A stretch of DNA of 64,000 nt from Seison nebaliae. Lineage: Eukaryota. Position 1 is the stretch's first letter; every line of letters begins with the position of its first letter. The position numbers were made by a program, and so were the translations under genes. The stretch lies in contig JALJEE010000958.1 in assembly GCA_023231475.1 (NCBI GenBank), positions 1 to 64,000 on the forward strand. Reading direction: 5' to 3'. A model generated the notes under the pieces. It was not told the DNA's origin, did no database searches, and worked only from the letters and a program-made list of their open reading frames with translations. Positions 37,964-48,549 of the stretch are shown piece after piece.

Positions 37964-39659
37964 TCATCTTCTTCTACTATTCTTCTGCATTTCTCTTTGT
38001 GCTTTCAATTCTTCCTCTTGATCTTCCCGAACAGCATGTACTAAAGTTTTTTGTTCTTCGAATCTTATCTGATCATAAGATGATTCCATATATGGATCAT
38101 CATCATCAGCTTGATCAGAATCACGATAATCATCAGGATCAAAATCGATGATGAAATCCTTTAATGAACCGGCGTCATCATCACTTCCATCATCATCATC
38201 ATCATCATCATCAGAATTTTGATTTAAATAATTTCTTCGTTCATGTTGATGATTAGGCATTGGATATGATGATCGTTTTGGATGTTCCCCTAATTGTCCT
38301 CTCATTTTCTGTCTATTCGAATTATTTTGTTGTTGTTGTTTTTGAAGTTGAAGTTTTATAGATTTTCCAGATGAAATTGATTTGACATTTCGATTGTTCT
38401 GTGTGGAGAAGATTTGTTGTTTCTTATTCGGAATGTTCGTCGGTTTTTTCAATTTCGAATTTAATACTTGCATTTGTGCTTCTTGTAATTTCTTTGTTCT
38501 TTCCGCTTCCTGTTGTTTCCTTATCATTCGTTGTTGTACAATTTGATTTTTAATTAATTTCTCTTCATCTTTCTTCTTCATCGGTTGTCCATTTTTCTGT
38601 TTCATTTGTTTTGTTCCCACATTTGTCTGTTGTTTCCCTTGACTTATCTCATCCGATTTTCTTTTACGTATCTGAGACAATTCACCAACATTATTCTTTC
38701 TCATTCCTTCATTAATTGATGATTTTGGTCCAAATTTATTATTTTCAGCTACAGCCATCAATGATTGGAAATTTAATGAAGATGAACCACTCGATGATGA
38801 TGTGACACATGATTTTACTATATTCGATCGATTCATTATATTCATTGTCGATTCATTTTGACGTGATTTATTCGAAATAGAATTTTTTTGAAGTATTTGG
38901 TTATTGTTCGAACAAGTCCTTCTTTCATTCTTCATTTCTTTTCCAGTTAACATTAATTGTGTGGAATTTGGTCGATAAAGCGAATTAGATGTTGCACTTT
39001 TAATCATTTTCATCTTATCGATCGATGGACGTCGTTCTCCATTCACTCTTATATTCTTTTTCATGAGATTCATTTTTTGTTGTTGTTCTTGTTGTTTCTC
39101 TAACATTAATTGTCGATTATTAATCAAATGCGAAGTATTATTTCCAACATTTTTATTCTGTTCTAATTGTCGTTTTGGAATTGTTCTCGTCAATTTATTT
39201 GACATATTTCCACCATTCATATTATTCACATTATTATTTCGATTCTTACTCAGATTACAATTCGACGATAATGATGAAATTTTTGAATATTTATTTTTTT
39301 CATTATTTTGTTGCTGTAGAGAATTATTTTGAATTAATTTCGGTTTTTTTTCTTTTATTCCACTGTTAGTCGAAGGGAACCCATTACTCTCCTTCAATTT
39401 CAATGGAACTGGCAATCTTCCTAATGACGAAACTGGTCCAATTTTATTTCCGTTGAATCGACTTGGAGATGGTTTGTCCAAAGGAGGTTTCTTTGCCGTT
39501 TTCTAATAACAGACGAAAAGTTAAATAAATTATAATTTAATTTTTATTCAGAAAGAAAATGATGAGAAAATAAATGAAATTCGGGAAGAAAAATCATTAA
39601 AAGAAATGACACTAAACTGCATTATTTTGGGAAATTTCCAATAGCTCTTGAAAAATCAT
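37964..39659 (-). CDS. SPTY2D1: SPT2 histone chaperone homolog; 2 exons
   Basis: Exon 1 MIFQELLEISQNNA; internal LNFQSLMAVAENN; C-terminus DFI...MESSYDQIRFEEQKTL..AVREDQEEE. Confidence 0.85.
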
Positions 39660-40652
39660 TTTCGCTTTTTTTATATCCAAATAAAATGAAATTGTTTAAA
39701 AAACGAATTCATCAAAAATTATTCCAAATTTATGTACAAATCGCACACGAATAATTAATGCGAAGAGATTAGATGAAGCTTCACAATTAAAATTGTTGTA
39801 ATTTACTACGTTATTAAGCAATTAATTTTAGTTGAATTAACATTCCACACATGATTGTTTAAGACGACTACTACTCCACACACCAAATTTCTATTAATAT
39901 TTTTTATCTTCCACTTCTAACTTTGTTGAGATGAATTTCTTATTTTCTTATTTTCATACTGAATAATAAATTTTTATCTTCCAATACTTCCATCACGTTA
40001 CAGGATTAGTTTATAGTCTTTATAAATAACATTTGTTTACCAATGGATTTTTTATCAATACCTCACCACTTAACATCAATTTAATTAGTTTTTAATTACA
40101 AAATACAGCGTATGTTTGTCCAAAATCTAATTTTTCAAAAGGGAACACTTTTTAACCTTATGAGTACCAAGCCACCGGTAGCTAAGACAACATCTGTTCT
40201 CTCATTTTGTAGTAAGAACGTAAAGAGAAAAAGTTAATGCAAAAGAGATAAAGAACCATAAGCCTAATTACGTTACTGATGCCGAACCGATTAGTCTAAT
40301 TATTTAATTTGATAAGTATTACGTAAGTAACGAAAATAATTTTATTAGATAAGTAAAATTTTTAGAATACTCAAAAATATCACACACATAATACCTAATA
40401 GCGAATATGTTATTTGCCATATAATATAGATATAATATTAGACTATAGAATTAATAATATTAAATACAATACCATAAAGTTTATGGCATAAACGACTACC
40501 ATGTTATAATGATGAATCATCATTGATGATACATAATTCCATTTTAGTACACGTTATTAAGATAACAGAAAAAAGAAATAATCGTCACTCTTATTTCTAA
40601 TTTATTCACCTACTCATTTACACGTCAACAAGATACGTCATCATAAGCGGAA

Positions 40653-41417
40653 ATGCCTCGTCATCTTTACACAGAAATTAAAGAATTGACAGTTATTTTG
40701 ACTTGACATTCTCCACTTTTATCTTGTACATTTTGTATAATTGCCACGAAATGTTCCACTTTACTTCATCTTCTCCTTGTTTGGTGGAGAATCGAATCGA
40801 TTCTTCTGGAAATTTTTGAAATGTACAATATTGAAATTGTGAATGAAGAAGAAATAATCGAAGAAACAAATGAATTGAACGACGATCTTCCAACTTATCG
40901 TAAGATGGTCAAAAATACGATACCAACTGTACAGAAAGCGAGAAATCTCGCAGAAGAAATTAAAACATATAATTCTCGAGAACCATCTCGTGTGGAGTAT
41001 GAACAATATTGGAAGGAAGAAATACACCTTACAATTTTAAAAAAAGTTTCGCACGCAATTGGCAGCATATCCTGCACAAGTTTATGCTGCGAACAATACA
41101 TACAGTGTATGTCATACACTATTCTTGTTGTTTTTGCCTATTCGTATACATACACTGTATGTATACGAGGCAGAAGAAACGAGAGTCTGGATTTTTTTCT
41201 CTTCCTCTATAAAATCGTTTTTGAGCTCTTCGTTTTTGTTACCAAATGGACATCACTACATATAATTATCTAATTAATAATGTTGATGTACAACATTTTC
41301 GATTTTCACAACAAATATCTTTTACAAGATGAAAATCTATCTTTGTTAGATGAAAATAACCAATCAAAAATTAACGCACGGTGGAAGAAAAAACATGGAA
41401 CTATAAAATATTGTTAA
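40653..41417 (+). pseudogene. Putative pseudogene of a multipass membrane protein (one frame, two internal stops)
   Basis: Frame runs from ATG 40653 to TAA 41415, interrupted only by TGA 40704 and TAA 41271; three hydrophobic segments. Confidence 0.4.
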
Positions 41418-41577
41418 GTTTTGAGAAATATAAACGTCAAAAACTTTCATTTTTCCAATTTTTTAACTGGTAAACTAAAGATGCCAGTAATGAACTTTGT
41501 TGGTTAATGAAGATTTTAATTTCATATTCTAACTACTCTGGTATATATGTATAATAATTTCACTAAAATTGAATGTC

Positions 41578-41650
41578 GGCCGCGTGGCCCAATGGACAAG
41601 GCGTCCGACTTCGAATCGGAAGATTGCAGGTTCGAGTCCTGCCGTGGTCG
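41578..41650 (+). tRNA. tRNA-Arg(UCG)
   Basis: GGCCGCG..TGGCCCAATGG..TCCGA-CTTCGAA-TCGGA..GGTTCGAGTCC..CGTGGTCG; 73-nt cloverleaf followed by a T run. Confidence 0.97.
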
Positions 41651-42042
41651 ATAAATATTTTTATGTTTATTTTTCAAAATATGTTGAAATCTACATTGAT
41701 TGCTACATTTTTATGTTCGTGTTGTAAAACTGTTGTCGCGTCGAGTACACTCGAGAAATGTTTGAAATTTTATTTTAACTTAACATAACCTTATAAGGTC
41801 TGTAATCAATCGACGTCCTTTATTGAATGAATATACTTTGCATTGTTATTCCCTAATAAGAATCCCGTTAATAAGAAGAAATTCTTAAGTTTGTTTAAGA
41901 AATTCATCCAATGATGTCTAGAGATCCATCCATTACATTAAATTTCCTATAAGGTAAACAGGAATATGGCAATGTAAATTTCGAGCAATGAATTAGGAAA
42001 AAGGAACAATTTGTTTTATTAGTTTTTTTTAATGATTTAAAA

Positions 42043-43386
42043 TTAGAATCCGTTAAATATTAATTGAAAAATAGAATTTACATTGATAGAAGAAAAATCC
42101 GAAATAATTTGAATTAATGTCACCTTATTTGAAATGGATAATAACAGATCGTTACGTAACCATAAAACTCCAACGGTGAACATTGCTAATGTATTTAATG
42201 AATTATAGGAGATCACGCGATCCCATAAACAAAGAACTTGTTGAACTGGTAGAACACCAACAAAACCTTTGCTAGACCATTCGTTGAAATAGGCATAAAT
42301 ATTGACATCTGAACGAATTAGATGTTCTTTTAATTCCTTACACAATTGTTCCAATAAAGAATGGAAAAGATGAATGAGGGAAACCATTCCTTGGACGGCT
42401 GGCCAATGTAATTGGTAAAAATAAGTGGAATATAAATGAGTAAAAGCGAAATATACATCAATCACATTATCGAAAACGAAACAAATCGGAGCAAATAGTT
42501 TGACGATATCTTTATGGAAACAAAATATATCAGAGGAATACGTTGATAAATCTAAATTTGAACGAATCTTATTAATAAATCTCTCATCTCTAATCATCAT
42601 CAAAACCATTTGGTAGAAGTAATCTTCAAATACAAAATATTCATCACTGTCACTTAAAGACGCGTGAACATTTTCAATAAGCATTGCGTCTAAAGCAAAT
42701 TGATAAGTTATTGACTTATCATATAATTCATTGTAATATAATTGTCTATTTCTTCTTCCAATCATAACTCCATCATCTATTTCATTTGAAAGTCGTTCTT
42801 CGGTTAAAATATCCAAATGATCGGTCGATGATAAATTAAGTAATTGTCTCCAACATTTATTTCGATTTTCTATTTCACAATCACTCATCAATTTCTTCCG
42901 ACACAATTGAACATTATCTAAACTGAAAAAACAATCCTCCAATTTCCATTGATTATTCTCAAATTTTTGCAACTTACCAGGTATTAAAACGTCAGCAAAC
43001 GACATGTAAGAATAACATAAATCATATTTTGAAAGATGACATTGCCTATATATTTGATTAATCGATGAGAAAATTTTCTCATCATTAACAATCATTTCAT
43101 TCAAATCCGTCAATTTCCTTCTTTCACTGAATACAACGGACAAAGAATTCCATTTTCTTTTTATTGTTTTACTCTCCTTCACATCGCGACGTTGTTTTCG
43201 AATAAGCGAATTCTTTATTGCAAATTCATTTATTAACTGATCTATACTTTTTGCCAAGCACTTAATTGCCATGTTACTGTTTTTCAGCATTTCCTTTGAT
43301 GTTAGTTTTTCATTCTCATTTTTAAACTCTTCAATATTCCTCCAATAGTTACTGTACTTTTCCACTAATTCACCCAAGTTCTCCAT
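42043..43386 (-). CDS. TBC1D19: TBC1 domain family member 19
   Basis: DEYFVFEDYFYQ, APICFVF, YFYQLH, GMVSLIHLFHSLL, QVLCLWDRVISYNSL. Confidence 0.88.
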   Translation of the reverse strand: MENLGELVEKYSNYWRNIEEFKNENEKLTSKEMLKNSNMAIKCLAKSIDQLINEFAIKNSLIRKQRRDVKESKTIKRKWNSLSVVFSERRKLTDLNEMIVNDEKIFSSINQIYRQCHLSKYDLCYSYMSFADVLIPGKLQKFENNQWKLEDCFFSLDNVQLCRKKLMSDCEIENRNKCWRQLLNLSSTDHLDILTEERLSNEIDDGVMIGRRNRQLYYNELYDKSITYQFALDAMLIENVHASLSDSDEYFVFEDYFYQMVLMMIRDERFINKIRSNLDLSTYSSDIFCFHKDIVKLFAPICFVFDNVIDVYFAFTHLYSTYFYQLHWPAVQGMVSLIHLFHSLLEQLCKELKEHLIRSDVNIYAYFNEWSSKGFVGVLPVQQVLCLWDRVISYNSLNTLAMFTVGVLWLRNDLLLSISNKVTLIQIISDFSSINVNSIFQLIFNGF

Positions 43387-43421
43387 CAATAATCTTCTTT
43401 AATTGATTCTTTATTTCTTTC

Positions 43422-43436
43422 GTTGTCATTGGCAAC
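43422..43436. promoter_or_regulatory. RFX X-box upstream of TBC1D19
   Basis: GTTGTCATTGGCAAC, ~35 nt from the ATG. Confidence 0.65.
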
Positions 43437-44530
43437 AATATTTTAGTTCAAATTAATTTTACTGAAGTTATGCTTTGTTTGGGTTTAAAATTTTTAGTCT
43501 TACTAAACACCATTTTAATATTTTTCATAAAAATATATATAATACTGACAATTATAAACACAAGATAGCAGTATCAGTTATTACGTTTAAGAAATACCAA
43601 ATAATTTATATCTTCGAAATGTTTGTTGGTAAGATATGTAAAGCTCAACTACTTTGTAACGTATTTCCAAGTTAATATTGGTACATCGACCATATAACTT
43701 CACCATAGTCAATAGATAATACACTAACATTGTAAATATTGTACAATTTATTTAAAATTTATTTATAATTTATTTATATATTTACCCCGCGGGGATTTGT
43801 TATTTTAAATAAAAAAAAAAAAAAAAAAAAATTATAAATGAATGAACGTATAAAAATGAACAATTTGCGAATATAGAAAAAAAAGTTTGACAATTTTCTT
43901 GTGAATTGTTCGAATTTTTGAGAAGTTGGAATGTCTTCACTTATCATAAAGTCATAAATCTTTAAAAAACAATAATATATCGTTTAAAATTATTTGAAAG
44001 ACCTAAAAAGTTAAACAATCGAATTTTTCCGTAATATAATTTTAAGATTACCGATATAAATATTATTAGGAATAAGGAAATGGGAGAATTAACTTTGTTT
44101 GAACAAATAGTGTTTTGAAGAGTACTTCATTTGGAGGGTAAGAGTGAACAGGTGATTAGAAAAAATGTATTATAGCAAATTGAGGATGTTTAAAGGAAGA
44201 AAATAATAATGAAGTTAAAAATGACAAGAATGATGATAATGATGATAAATAACATAATAATAACATTGTGAAGGCAAATCAGTTTTTCTTTCACATAAAA
44301 AAGAATGTTTGCGTAGAAAATATTAAAATAAAAATTTTCTTCTAGAACAATTATCGTTGTGATAATGAATGAGAAAGAAAATTTTATTTTATGACAATAA
44401 AACTCCAAAGAGAATTAACAGGACGCCATTCTTCCTCTTCCGCCATTCATTGACTTCTTTAAAATTACGAATCATCAAATTCTTCTTAAAATAATTCTTA
44501 CGGTAAATTTGCAAAAAGGTGACAATAAGA

Positions 44531-45409
44531 ATGATCAAAAGACGTTTACATAATTTGAACAATCGCCATGATGGTACGAACAAATATGTAATTCCTTCAC
44601 ATTTAACAAAACATTCGAATTTGAATTCTCATCAAACAAGAAATCGAATAGAACAACATCAATCATCACCAATTACTTCTGTGATCAACAACCTTAATTA
44701 TTCGTCAACTGCTCATCACACTTCCAAACGACATCGTATACCACCTTTACAAATAACTTATCACCGTTACAACATGGTATCAGATAATGATAATAGGAAA
44801 TTTAATAATAATGATTATCATCATCATCTCTTAAGCGAACAACGTCAATTGGAAGAACCACGTTATTTTGAACGTCCTATAAAGAATGTTTCGAAGAAGA
44901 ATGGCATCCTGAAATTTTCGGAAAAATCACATCATTTCGGATCAACAGCAACATCAACTCCCAATTTATTGAAAGATTATGATTTCAGTACAAATAAATA
45001 CTCGAAATATAATTTAAGTACGTTAGCTAGAAAATATGTTGTTCCTGCTTCGAAAGTGCGAATTGGGGAGAATGTGACGAACGAAGATATGAATAATATA
45101 GTAAAAAGATTTGCTACTCTTCATCATCGTGCTATCGATACGTCAAATAAACATGACTTGAAATTAAGTCCAACTAAACCTGTTACACTGACCAGTAATG
45201 TTCCAACCAAACATCGTTACAAAAGAGTCATTACTGAACCTGATGTACGGAAATATTTGTTTGGAGATCAGACATTGCCGTCCAATTCTCAAAATGATCA
45301 TCAACAACAACTCAAATTGGAAAACAATAATAACGTTCTAAGCAATTTTTTTAAAGATAGTACGAATAACCATAATAATAGTAATAATAATATTAATAGT
45401 AATAATAAT

Positions 45410-45453
<44 letters not shown>

Positions 45454-46825
45454 GAGTAATAATAATAATAATGATAATCATATAAGTAATTCTAATAATA
45501 ATAGAAGTAGTAAAAGTAATAATAGTGTCGTAAAAAATAACATTAGTAATGATATAACAAGCAGTAGTAGCAACAAAATTGTTAAAAGTTCAAATACAGC
45601 CTTTCCAGATAGAGTTGCCGTTTTTCAACAACCGAATAATGAAAATTTCACTAATAGAAAATTTATTGAAAGTTTCTCCAAAAAGAAAGAGACTGAATTA
45701 GTTTCATCAACACCGATTACTCATTCCATAAAAAACGAAGTGGATCATGCGGAAAATGATGATTATTCTTATGTACAGAATGCAGGAGACGGTATTTCCA
45801 TCAATGCGTTAAGTATTCCCGAATCTATTGATTATTTGAACGCGAATGAATCAGATTATGCAAGAGACACTTCAACTTTGCCACCATCAATTGATGGGGA
45901 TAAATTAAGTTTGATAAGTTCCGTGAAGAAATTCGAAGTTTTCCATAATAAAGACACACCGTCTCATTTGGGAAGTGATTATGAAGAAATGAAGGGTTTG
46001 TCACTTATTCTCTATCAAATTTCATAATTTTTTATTATAGAATATAAAATTCTAAATAATATGAATGCAGAAAAGACTAATCGAAACTCGGAATCTGATC
46101 ATCCAGCAAAATCCCCATCCACTAAATCGATAACTTCGACATATTCGTTAGAGTTACCCAGAAAGCCTACCAATCTCAAATCAGAAATTACTAATCGAAT
46201 TGATGAAATTCAGTCGAATTCTTTAGTGAAACGACCTGGTACTCGAATCGAATCTAATCGGAGAAATAATAATTTGAAATTCATCGAAGAATTAGATGGT
46301 CCAAATAATAATTATCTACAACCAATCCATAAAAGTCCACCGAGAGCACCTTCAATGTCATCTCTAACAGAATTGAATCTTTATAAGGAAAAGGATGGTA
46401 AAGAAATAATGGAAACGATTCCTCAGCAGATTTTGAATGAATTGAAAGAAGGAAGGAAACAGCTTCGAATTACTTCCGAAAATATTCCTAATGTACGCAG
46501 TCCAACATCTTCAACTGAATCCGTATTTTTAACAAAGAATCATCCAAACGAGGAAAAAGAAATAACTAAGAAGATAAGGGTGGACCATGTGGAAACACCA
46601 GATCTAATGAAGGAAATTATGAAAGAAATTCCCCTAAAAGCTAAAGAGATCAATTCCGAAAAAAATAATTTCAAAAGTTCTTCAGGTGGCAATAGTAGTG
46701 ATTATGAAATTGGAAAGAGTAAACAACCTCATTGGCGTGAAGAATTACGAGAACAAAGAGGATTTGGTACTTTACCATTAAAATTCTCGTCGTCAGCTGA
46801 TCGAGGATCTATGGAAATCAACTAA
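44531..46825 (+). CDS. Orphan disordered Asn-rich protein with C-terminal WH2-like motif(s); 2 exons (intron 45996-46040)
   Basis: A 45-nt GTTTGT..TAG intron joins the 502-aa and 254-aa ORFs in frame; motif QILNELKEGRKQLRIT. Confidence 0.7.
45370..45502 (+). repeat. Coding (AAT)n microsatellite (poly-Asn)
   Basis: Direct reading of the sequence. Confidence 0.95.
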
Positions 46826-46916
46826 AACAATGAAAGTTTTCGGAAGAGAAATCGAAAAATAATTATTTTCTTTTTAAGTTTAAATGAAATTATTCTGACT
46901 TTATTCTGTGTCTTTT

Positions 46917-47754
46917 TTATATTTTCTGACTGATCCATACTGCAAACTTACAAGCACTTTCAATCGAAGTTGTTAACGCTTTGTAACCCGGTGTCTTTTC
47001 TGCATCATTTTCAATTCCAGTATCATGATGATCTTGCTCATCATCTCGAAATTGCGTAATATATTCAAGTAGTTCCTTTACCTGAAAAAGGAACCATAAA
47101 AATATTAGTAATCCAGTCTAAAGTAACTGTAAAGTAATAATGATAAAGAAAATGTGAAAAAAATTTGTCCATCCCTGGTGGGATTCGAACCCACGGCCTT
47201 TGGATTAGAAGTCCAACGCGCTATCCACTGCGCTACAGGGACATGTTGTTAAAGATATAACTGTTTATACTAACATCCTTTTCTGTAATATTTGGATCAT
47301 TAGAACAATCTTCGATTAATCGATTAGTTTCAAGAGAATTTTCGTTCGTCTTATTCTTCTCATTCAACACAATTAACAAATCACGAATTTGATCGTTATA
47401 GTGATCGGTTATGACTGTTTCAACAGCTACTGTACATGCCATAGCGGCTTCCTTACTGATCATGGCCGAAGAGAGACCTAACAAATATCCGAATTGGGAA
47501 GCGATTGGAAGAAGAATTGTAGGACGACTACGATATTTCTTTAGCAATTTATTAAATGTTGCCAAATGATGTTTCTCTTGTTGCCACATCTCGTTAATTT
47601 TTGGTCCGATTTCTGTCTTTCCTAACACGGCCATTTGACCGGCATATATTCTGTCTGCGCACAATTCACCCGCATGATCAACTCGAATGATTTTATCAAT
47701 GAGTGCTGGAGGTAATGGTCGTTTGATGCCCATTAAATATCTATTAAGATTCAT
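46917..47754 (-). CDS. COQ7: 5-demethoxyubiquinone hydroxylase (CLK-1); 2 exons (intron 47082-47274)
   Basis: IIRVDHAGELCADRIYAGQ, AMACTVAVETVITDHYNDQIR; exon 2 VKELLEYITQFRDDEQDHHDTG...ACKFAVWISQKI*. Confidence 0.96.
47170..47242 (-). tRNA. tRNA-Arg(UCU), intronless, nested in the COQ7 intron on the same strand
   Basis: GTCCCTGTAGCGCAGTGGATAGCGCG-TTGGA-CTTCTAA-TCCAA-AGGCCGTGGGTTCGAATCCCACCAGGGATG, followed by a T7 run. Confidence 0.97.
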
Positions 47755-47861
47755 TATCAAATCTTTCAAAAAAAGAGACTAATGGTATTGATGAATTGAG
47801 TAGATGAACTAATAAAGAGAATCTAATGAATTTCAAAGAATTTAAAGAAAGAAAATGTTTA

Positions 47862-48149
47862 TTATAAATTTAATTTTTCCAATGCCCAAATCAGTGTTTT
47901 ACGTTTCTCTTCTTCTGCCATCACATTTATCTTCTTCTCATAATACTCATTCTCAAAGTATAAAATGTCATTCGGTTTTGGCGACACCGAAAGTTGAGGA
48001 TGAGAAAGAAATTGGAGAGGTCTCTTCTTTTGGAATAAGTAGAATGCTAATCCTCCATTAAACAAAGTAATTCCAATGGTTACTATGAAAATGGTTGGGG
48101 TTATTTTGAATGGTTTCTTCACCACATTCGAGAACTTCTTCGGTTTCAT
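47862..48149 (-). CDS. Small single-pass membrane protein (~95 aa), unknown
   Basis: Basic N-terminus, TM segment TIFIVTIGITLFNGGLAFYLF, charged tail; CAG acceptor 8 nt before the ATG. Confidence 0.55.
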   Translation of the reverse strand: MKPKKFSNVVKKPFKITPTIFIVTIGITLFNGGLAFYLFQKKRPLQFLSHPQLSVSPKPNDILYFENEYYEKKINVMAEEEKRKTLIWALEKLNL

Positions 48150-48549
48150 GATTATTGCTGAAGAATAATATCTCAAAAATTCTGAAGTAAAAACAGCTAA
48201 AATTTTATTTCATTCCAATCTCGTTTATATTATTGTTCCGTTTAAACATTCCATTTAAATAAGATTGTAAAAATTATAAATTTAATTTTAAATTTATTTT
48301 ACTTTTAATCTAATCTAACTTTATGTAATGATGAGAAGTTGAATGTAATGTTGCTAGAAAATAATACTAATGAAATTTTTGAAAATTTTCAAAATAAAAA
48401 TTGAAGCTTAAAATTTGAAATTGAAATTTTTTTATCAAATCTAGTTCATAGTTTTTAGAGACTATTTACAAAAGCATGTCCTCCCAGAAATTGGTTTTCC
48501 CAGAAATAAAATCATCTAATATATTTTAAGGAAAACATTGGATTGAAGA

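Noticed and set aside
40704..40706. Selenocysteine UGA
   Set aside because: No redox-motif context, no SECIS recognised, and a second in-frame stop is TAA
41573..41788. 71-aa ORF MSAAWPNGQG...
   Set aside because: Spurious translation across the tRNA-Arg(UCG) gene
48476..48549. Upstream micro-exon (MSSQKL) for KDM5
   Set aside because: The obvious GT..AG splice gives the wrong phase relative to the KDM5 frame
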